Assembly (NCBI GenBank): GCA_964618905.1
Contig: CAZUDK010000004.1
Location: forward strand, 1-49,026
Length of the DNA: 49,026 nucleotides
Direction: 5' to 3'
Source: an uncultured Candidatus Saccharibacteria bacterium
Lineage (GTDB): Bacteria; Patescibacteriota; Minisyncoccia; Phycocordibacterales; Zambryskibacteraceae
The notes under the pieces were generated by a model. The model was not told the DNA's origin. It did not search any database and worked only from the letters and a program-made list of their open reading frames with translations. Position 1 is the stretch's first letter, and the number at the start of each line of letters is the position of its first letter. The translations under genes and the position numbers were made by a program. This document shows, piece after piece, positions 42,873 to 49,026 of the stretch.

Positions 42873-42877
42873 TATTT

Positions 42878-43852
42878 TTATTTTTCAACATTTTTTTCGG
42901 AAGAAACCTGTGTCCTTTCCGCTATTTTAGTAATAGCCTTCGTTACAATCGGCAGAATGTCGTCATAGAAGTTAAGGTCTAATATATCAGCGAGTTTAAA
43001 CCATTTAACATCATCAAGACCTCCTTTCTCTTCCTTTTTCTCAAGAGTAAGTTCCTGGTAGGGAGCTTCTGTAAGAAAGTACATTACCTGCTTGCGAATC
43101 TTGCCTTTCTCCGGATGAAATGTCGAATAAGAGTTTTCACCTAAAGGTTCGATGATTTTGACAGGAATTCCAAGCTCCTCTTTAACCTCGCGTTTAAGAC
43201 CTTCCTCAACAGTTTCATTAGCGATTTCCGGACTGTCGCCTATCTTGCCTTTCGTTAAAGTCCAATGACCGAAGATGTCGTGTACAAGCGCCAAATAGAT
43301 TTCATCATTATGCCGCGCGTATACCACTGCTCCAGCCAAACGTTCCGTAGGAAGCTGATCTATCGGCACGTTGCCGTATTTCTTTTTTAACTTAGGCTTA
43401 TCATCTTTGCCCGGCTCGCCCATTTCCTTGTAAACAGCTCCGAGAACGCCGTTAACGAACCTGCCGGAAGTGTCGCCACCAAAGCCTTTTGCAAGTTCTA
43501 TGGCTTCATTGATGGCCACCTTTGGAGGAACTTCTTCTCTGTCGGCAAAGAGAAGCTCTGTCAAACCTATGCGCAGTACATTTCTGTCTACGACAGAGAT
43601 TTTATCCAGAGGCCAATCCGGCGCAGCTTTTTCTATGAGGAGATCCAGATCCTTATGCTTGCTTATTACAAGGTTAAATAAATTCTCTATAAAGGCTCTG
43701 TCACTTGTACCGGGTGCAAATTCCTTGATATTCCTCTCCATGGCTTCTTTGAGTTCGGCCTTGCTGAGTTTCTTCCCTTCAGAAGTCAAATCAAAATCCC
43801 ACTCAAAGAGTGTTTGCAGAACTACAGACCTGGATAAGTGTCTTTGTGACAT
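42878..43852 (-). CDS. nusB: NusB antitermination factor fused to a C-terminal Nudix hydrolase domain
   Basis: Residues 1-145 are NusB-like (RSVVLQTLFEWDF..., VAINEAIELAKGFGGDTSGRFVNGVLG). Residues ~170-324 carry a Nudix box E-x7-REVKEELGI. Confidence 0.8.
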   Translation of the reverse strand: MSQRHLSRSVVLQTLFEWDFDLTSEGKKLSKAELKEAMERNIKEFAPGTSDRAFIENLFNLVISKHKDLDLLIEKAAPDWPLDKISVVDRNVLRIGLTELLFADREEVPPKVAINEAIELAKGFGGDTSGRFVNGVLGAVYKEMGEPGKDDKPKLKKKYGNVPIDQLPTERLAGAVVYARHNDEIYLALVHDIFGHWTLTKGKIGDSPEIANETVEEGLKREVKEELGIPVKIIEPLGENSYSTFHPEKGKIRKQVMYFLTEAPYQELTLEKKEEKGGLDDVKWFKLADILDLNFYDDILPIVTKAITKIAERTQVSSEKNVEK

Positions 43853-43886
43853 GAAAGAACAATATTAAAGAAACCTGGAAAAGTGC

Positions 43887-44135
43887 TTACTTTGATTCCT
43901 TTTCCGACTTGCTGGCAGAAACCTCTTTCGCCTTTTCAATCTTCTTCTCTACTTTAGCAGAAGTATTCAAAACCTGCCTCCCTCGGTAAGTGCCTGTAAG
44001 AGGCGAAATTCTGTGCCTCAAGTGAACATGCCCCGACTTGTCTGTGGTCAGAGCAGGCTTTTCTAAATTATGGTGAGAGCGCCTGTTGTTAGTATGGCCT
44101 CTTGTATGCCTCATTCGAACTGTCATGCCTGACAT
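43887..44135 (-). CDS. rpmF: 50S ribosomal protein L32 (Cys-less, with Lys/Glu tail)
   Basis: VRMRHTRGHTNNRRSHHNLEKPALTTD..GHVHLRHRISPLTGTYRGRQV parallels the L32 pattern (R.t...R..RRsH..L..p.l......G....pHr.....G.Y.Gr.v). The start may be the internal ATG at 44124-44126. Confidence 0.7.
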   Translation of the reverse strand: MSGMTVRMRHTRGHTNNRRSHHNLEKPALTTDKSGHVHLRHRISPLTGTYRGRQVLNTSAKVEKKIEKAKEVSASKSEKESK

Positions 44136-44190
44136 TCTACCAAATCAAGCCAAAATGTAAAGACGTATAAAGTCCGCTAAAAATGCCAGA

Positions 44191-44778
44191 CTAGCTTAGT
44201 ATTTTTCTCAAAAATGTGCGCCGATGGATAGCGGTTGGACCCAATCTTTTTAGGGCATCTCTGTGTATTTTTGTTCCGTATCCTTTATGAACATGAAAGC
44301 CGTATTCAGGGAAGCGTTTTGAGACAGACATCATGTGATTATCCCTGACTACCTTGGCCAAAATCGATGCCAAGGAAATTACTGGTATCTTTTCATCCCC
44401 TTTTATAACAGTCAGTTGGTGGGAGAATTTTTCAGGCGCCCGAAGGGCGCCGTCAAGAAATACTTGGGTATCATCGGGGCTGGCGGAAATCTTATCCAAA
44501 CACCTTTTAATGCCGAGCTTCAAGGCATGAGAAATCCCAAACTTATCTATGACGCTCTCAGACACTAAAGACACAGCAAAATCCAAAGTTCCTTCAGCCT
44601 TAGCCCTCCTTGCTATATCGAACCATAATTGTCTGTCTTCCGCAGATAGCTTTTTGGAATCTTTAATATCTTTTAAAAGGCTTTTAGGAAAACCTTTTGC
44701 AATCATAACCGCACCTACAGCTACCGGACCAGCCAAAGGTCCTCTGCCCGCTTCATCTATTCCAACGATATATTTCAT
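44191..44778 (-). CDS. rnhB: ribonuclease HII
   Basis: GIDEAGRGPLAGPV active-site motif, DSKKLS, and ASILAKV. Confidence 0.92.
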   Translation of the reverse strand: MKYIVGIDEAGRGPLAGPVAVGAVMIAKGFPKSLLKDIKDSKKLSAEDRQLWFDIARRAKAEGTLDFAVSLVSESVIDKFGISHALKLGIKRCLDKISASPDDTQVFLDGALRAPEKFSHQLTVIKGDEKIPVISLASILAKVVRDNHMMSVSKRFPEYGFHVHKGYGTKIHRDALKRLGPTAIHRRTFLRKILS

Positions 44779-44829
44779 AGATTATGCTTTTAAGCAATTA
44801 TATCTCATATGTCTTATAATGTGCCTACA

Positions 44830-47800
44830 ATGGCCAGATTTACCCACCTCCACACCCACTCTCACTATTCCTTGCTTGAAGCTCTGCCGAAGATTCCAGA
44901 CCTGGTAAAAAGAGCTAAAAAAGAAGGTATGCAGGCGCTTGCTCTTACGGATTCCGGCAACTTATATGGCGCTATAGAGTTCTACAAAGAATGCGAGAAG
45001 AATGAGATCAAGCCGATCATAGGAGTAGATGCTTACGTCGCCTTGAGAACGCGCCATGACAGAGAAGCCCGCATAGACAATGTCAGGTCGCGCCTTATTC
45101 TTCTGGCTAAAAATGAGATCGGCTACAAAAATCTTGTAGAACTTGTCAGCAAGTCATATCTAGAAGGCTTCTACTACAAGCCAAGAGTCGATCATGAGCT
45201 TCTGGAAAAATATTCTGAAGGCCTTGTGGCCATATCACCTTCATTCTCCGGAGAGATCACTAAAGCTATTTCAGATGAGAAAGTAGAATCTCTAATTGAA
45301 TGGTATAAAAACACATTTGGCGAAGAAAACTTCTTCATTGAAATCACTCACCATCCAGAAATAGGTGGACACGAGAGTAAAATGAAAGAGCTTATCGCTC
45401 TTGCCAGAAAGACTGGTACACCACTTATGGCAGCGCATGATGTCTATTATCTCGACCGCGAAGACAAGCCAGCAAGAGACACTCTGCTTTCCATCCAAAG
45501 CCACTTAGGAAAAGACAGCACGGGATTTAATGAAGAAGATGAAGATTTCTCATTTATAAGCCAAAAGACGGCAGAGAAATATTTCAAAGACCTGCCCGAT
45601 GCTCTCGAGAATACAGGGAAAATTGCCGACATGTGCAATGTGAAGCTTGAGCTCGGAAAGTGGGTGTTCCCCGACATTAAAATGGAAGGCGGAGAAGATC
45701 CGGATGAAGCACTAAGAAGAATAGTCTATGAGGGACTCAAGAAACGCGGCTTGAAAGGAACAGAAGAAGAAGTAGCGAGGATAGATTACGAACTTAAGGT
45801 TATTAAAGATAAAGGTTATTCCAAATATTTCCTCGTGGTATCAGACCTGCTGCAGTATGCACACGAGCATGGCATCTTAACCAACATCAGAGGTTCTGTG
45901 GCAGGCTCCATGACTACCTATCTGGCGGAAATAACCAACATAAATCCTCTCGAATACAATCTTCCATTTGAACGCTTCCTTAACCCGGACAGACCTTCAG
46001 CTCCTGATATTGATATGGACTTTGCCGACAATCGGCGTGATGAAATGATCGAATATGCCAGGCAGAAGTACGGCGCCGATCATGTAGCCCAGATAGGAAC
46101 CTTCGGTACCATGATGGCTAGAGGAGCAGTGCGTGACGTAACTCGCGCTCTGGGATTTCCGTATGCACTAGGTGACAAGATAGCCAAACTCATTCCATTC
46201 GGGGCTCAAGGCTTTCCTATGACTATAGATAGAGCAATGAAAGAAACTCCTGAACTAAAGGAACTCTACGATTCAGACAAGGATACAAAAACCATTATAG
46301 ACATGGCTAAGAAAATTGAGGGCTGCGCTCGGCATATCTCAGTGCACGCAGCCGGCGTAGTTATTTCTCCTAAACCTCTTACCGATTACACTCCCCTGCA
46401 GTATGACTCCAAAGGTGAAGGTAAAATCATCACTCAGTTTGATATGCATGCTGTGGAAGATGCAGGACTTCTGAAGTTCGACTTCCTTGGTATCAAGAAC
46501 CTTTCTATCATTGCAGACACCTTTGACCGCATAGAGAAAATTGAAGGCAAGAAACTAACTCTGGAAGGAATTCCTATAGATGACAAAAAAACTTTCCAAA
46601 TGCTGGCTCGCGGCGAAACGGAAGGAACCTTCCAGCTCAACGGCTCCGGCATGACCAAGGCTTTGATGGAACTAAAGCCTACCAACATCCACGACATCAA
46701 CGTTATGGTGGCTCTCTATCGCCCAGGCCCGATGGATAATATCAATGAATACATTGCACGCAAGCACGGCAGGAAGCCGGCTGCTTACATGCATCCTAAA
46801 ATGGCAAACTTTTTAGACACTACATTTGGTGTGCTGGTATATCAAGATGACCTTCTTATGACAGCTATCGAAGTGGCCGGATACAACTGGGGCGAAGTAG
46901 ACAAGTTCAGAAAAGCAGTGGGTAAGAAAATTCCCGAAGAGATGAAGAAGCAGCATGTCATGTTCGTGGAAGGCTGCCAAAAGCACGGCGGTATGAGTAA
47001 AGAAAAAGCAGAAGCTCTCTGGGACCTGTTCGTACCTTTCCAAGGATACGGTTTTAACAAAGCTCATGCCGCAAGCTACGGCCATATAGCCTATGTCACT
47101 GCATATCTTAAAGCCAACTTCCCTGCCATATACATGTCCGCAGTCCTAACCGCAGATTCGGGAGACGTGGAAAAAATCGGCATTATGATAGCCGAATGCA
47201 AGAGAATGGGTATAGAAGTTCTACCTCCTTCAGTGAATGAAAGCTTCTCTCAATTTACCGTAGTGAATGATCCCCCTAATCCTTATAAGATCCGCTTCGG
47301 ACTTACAACCATTAAAAACTTCGGACAAGGTATCTCAACTTCCATTATTGAAGAGAGAAAAAGAGGAGGTAAATTCGTGTCTATTTTAGATTTTCTCGAC
47401 CGTGTCAAAGATAAAAACCTAAACAGAAAATCTCTTGAATCTCTGATTAAAGCCGGCGCGCTCGACCAGTTTGGAGAACGCGGCTCTTTGCTGGCCAATC
47501 TTGAAAAGCTGCTTGCATATCACAAGGAGCATATGAGCGCGCCTGATAACCAAGAAAGTCTTTTTGGTCTTTTGTCGGATGAATCAGCTGTACCGACCAT
47601 TAAGCTATCCGATGCTCCAGCTGCTTCTTCTAAAGAAATGCTTTTATGGGAAAAAGATCTCCTCGGCCTCTACATTTCCGGCCATCCCTTGGATGATCAT
47701 AGGCAGAAGTTAGAATCACGAGACGTCAACATTAAAAAATTATCAGACTTCCGCGAAGGCACGGAAACTGTTATAGCCGGAATAATAGAGCAGGTGCGGG

Positions 47801-48003
47801 ATATCTTAACAAAGAAAAATGAGAAGATGCTATTTATCCGTTTGGCCGACTTCTCCGGCTCTACTGAGGTAGTGGTCTTCCCAAAAGTCTTTGAAGAATT
47901 CAAATCTTTTACAGAACCGGAAAAATGCATCGTCATAAAAGGCAAGACCTCTAAAAGAAATGGCGAAACCTCCTTCATTGCCGAGAAGATAAAGGAATTG
48001 TAA
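44830..48003 (+). CDS. dnaE: DNA polymerase III alpha subunit
   Basis: Start set at MARFTHLHTHSHYSLLEA (PHP domain). Polymerase core (PDIDMDF...), HhH and OB fold at the C-terminus. Confidence 0.95.
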   Translation: MARFTHLHTHSHYSLLEALPKIPDLVKRAKKEGMQALALTDSGNLYGAIEFYKECEKNEIKPIIGVDAYVALRTRHDREARIDNVRSRLILLAKNEIGYKNLVELVSKSYLEGFYYKPRVDHELLEKYSEGLVAISPSFSGEITKAISDEKVESLIEWYKNTFGEENFFIEITHHPEIGGHESKMKELIALARKTGTPLMAAHDVYYLDREDKPARDTLLSIQSHLGKDSTGFNEEDEDFSFISQKTAEKYFKDLPDALENTGKIADMCNVKLELGKWVFPDIKMEGGEDPDEALRRIVYEGLKKRGLKGTEEEVARIDYELKVIKDKGYSKYFLVVSDLLQYAHEHGILTNIRGSVAGSMTTYLAEITNINPLEYNLPFERFLNPDRPSAPDIDMDFADNRRDEMIEYARQKYGADHVAQIGTFGTMMARGAVRDVTRALGFPYALGDKIAKLIPFGAQGFPMTIDRAMKETPELKELYDSDKDTKTIIDMAKKIEGCARHISVHAAGVVISPKPLTDYTPLQYDSKGEGKIITQFDMHAVEDAGLLKFDFLGIKNLSIIADTFDRIEKIEGKKLTLEGIPIDDKKTFQMLARGETEGTFQLNGSGMTKALMELKPTNIHDINVMVALYRPGPMDNINEYIARKHGRKPAAYMHPKMANFLDTTFGVLVYQDDLLMTAIEVAGYNWGEVDKFRKAVGKKIPEEMKKQHVMFVEGCQKHGGMSKEKAEALWDLFVPFQGYGFNKAHAASYGHIAYVTAYLKANFPAIYMSAVLTADSGDVEKIGIMIAECKRMGIEVLPPSVNESFSQFTVVNDPPNPYKIRFGLTTIKNFGQGISTSIIEERKRGGKFVSILDFLDRVKDKNLNRKSLESLIKAGALDQFGERGSLLANLEKLLAYHKEHMSAPDNQESLFGLLSDESAVPTIKLSDAPAASSKEMLLWEKDLLGLYISGHPLDDHRQKLESRDVNIKKLSDFREGTETVIAGIIEQVRDILTKKNEKMLFIRLADFSGSTEVVVFPKVFEEFKSFTEPEKCIVIKGKTSKRNGETSFIAEKIKEL

Positions 48004-48015
48004 GATAAGGAAATC

Positions 48016-49026
48016 ATGGAAGAAAACGACCACAGAAAACTTGGTAAAGAGCTAGACTTATTCACATTTTCAGACCTCGTAGGACCAGGCCTGCCTCTTT
48101 GGACTCCCAAGGGAGCAATTGTCAGACGAGAATTGGATAATTTCATTTGGTCACTGAGGGAAAAGCATGGGTACGAAAAAGTTGCAATACCCCATATAAC
48201 AAAAAAGGAACTATATGAGATCAGTGGGCATTGGCAGAAATTCTCAGATGAACTTTTCAAAATAACATCACGTGAGGGTAAGGAGTATGCTCTTAAGCCA
48301 ATGAACTGCCCCCACCACATCCAAATATTCGCGCGAAAACCTCACTCTTACCGCGAGATGCCGCAGAGATATGCGGAAACCACTATGGTCTATAGAGATG
48401 AGCAGTCCGGAGAACTCGGAGGATTAACTCGAGTCCTATCTATTACCCAGGACGATGCGCATGTATTCTGTCGGATGAGCCAGGTCAAAGAGGAATTCCT
48501 AAAGATTTGGGATATTGTAGACACCTTCTACAAAACCTTTGGCTTCACATTAAAGGTGCGGCTTTCTTTCCGAGACCCTGATACACCAGAAAAATATTTA
48601 GGAACTTCTGAAATTTGGGACAAAGCAGAAAAGGAATTGAGAGACATTGCTACAGATCACGGAGCAGACCTCATAGAAGGTCCAGGAGAAGCAGCTCTAT
48701 ACGGTCCAAAGCTCGACTTTATGGCAACAAATAATGCTGGGCGAGAATGGCAGGTAGCAACGATTCAACTTGATATGAATCTTCCTGAAAGATTCGACCT
48801 GTTCTGTATTGATGAGAAAGGCGAGCGTGAAAGAATCGCCATGATACATGCAGCAATTGCAGGATCTTTGGAAAGATGCACAGCTATACTACTAGAGCAT
48901 TTTGAAGGCAAATTCCCTCTCTGGCTTGCACCTGTTCAAGTTAAAGTACTTCCTATAGGCGAAGGCCACTTCAAGTATGCAGAAGAAGTTTTAGAAAAGC
49001 TCAAGGCAGAAGGCATAAGAGTAGAA
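48016..49026 (+). CDS. thrS: threonyl-tRNA synthetase, 3'-truncated by the window end; begins at the catalytic core (no TGS/editing domains)
   Basis: ATG at 48016 gives MEENDHRKLGKELDLFTF.... Class II motifs (KPMNCPHH, FRDEQSGELGGLTRV-type, QDDAHVFC) are present. The frame is open to nt 49026. Not in the ORF track because there is no stop codon. Confidence 0.9.
   Translation, partial: MEENDHRKLGKELDLFTFSDLVGPGLPLWTPKGAIVRRELDNFIWSLREKHGYEKVAIPHITKKELYEISGHWQKFSDELFKITSREGKEYALKPMNCPHHIQIFARKPHSYREMPQRYAETTMVYRDEQSGELGGLTRVLSITQDDAHVFCRMSQVKEEFLKIWDIVDTFYKTFGFTLKVRLSFRDPDTPEKYLGTSEIWDKAEKELRDIATDHGADLIEGPGEAALYGPKLDFMATNNAGREWQVATIQLDMNLPERFDLFCIDEKGERERIAMIHAAIAGSLERCTAILLEHFEGKFPLWLAPVQVKVLPIGEGHFKYAEEVLEKLKAEGIRVE

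Noticed and set aside
47697-48320. 207-aa ORF on the minus strand
   Set aside because: It is antisense to the dnaE 3' end and the thrS 5' end, both of which have unambiguous family motifs. Its sequence is Ser/Phe-rich and low in complexity.

Overview
This chromosomal window looks like it comes from a streamlined, Patescibacteria/CPR-like bacterium. That is an inference from three things: domain-minimised housekeeping proteins (a 494-aa IF-2, a ThrRS that starts at the catalytic core, a 733-aa hinge-less SMC-like ATPase), many small membrane-anchored orphan proteins, and mostly Shine-Dalgarno-less starts. Backbone genes are dnaX, dus, an ftsQ-like gene, serS, dprA, topA, parB, a P-type cation ATPase, miaA, rpmG, clpB, a class-V cysteine desulfurase, infB, rbfA, rnr, an smc-like gene, rnc, a nusB-Nudix fusion, rpmF, rnhB, dnaE and the 5' part of thrS. 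Envelope proteins include a VanY-type M15 peptidase, a Gmad2/GerMN protein, an MliC-like protein, a PG-binding acidic repeat protein and an Ig-like lipoprotein. There are nine tRNA genes (Gln, Leu-CAA, Trp, Tyr, Gly, Leu-TAA, Cys, Lys, Leu-TAG). The most unusual content is non-coding. A modular, hairpin-rich element of about 90-150 nt occurs four to five times (10190-10253, 22589-22677, 23822-23935, 37633-37783, plus a partial tandem copy to about 37867), and its stems covary between copies. Three copies sit directly 3' of tRNA genes, and two of them are followed by a 19-21 nt copy of the T-loop-to-3'-end of that tRNA. At tRNA-Gln the same arrangement brackets a 1.6-kb low-GC cargo: a CYTH (class IV cyclase-like) gene overlapping an unknown 252-aa gene. 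Several small islets (6843-8420, 14380-16140, 23990-24510, 35876-37304) stand out by strong AGGAGG-type ribosome-binding sites and higher G+C in an otherwise SD-poor genome. I recognised no CRISPR array, rRNA, transposase, integrase or phage structural gene.
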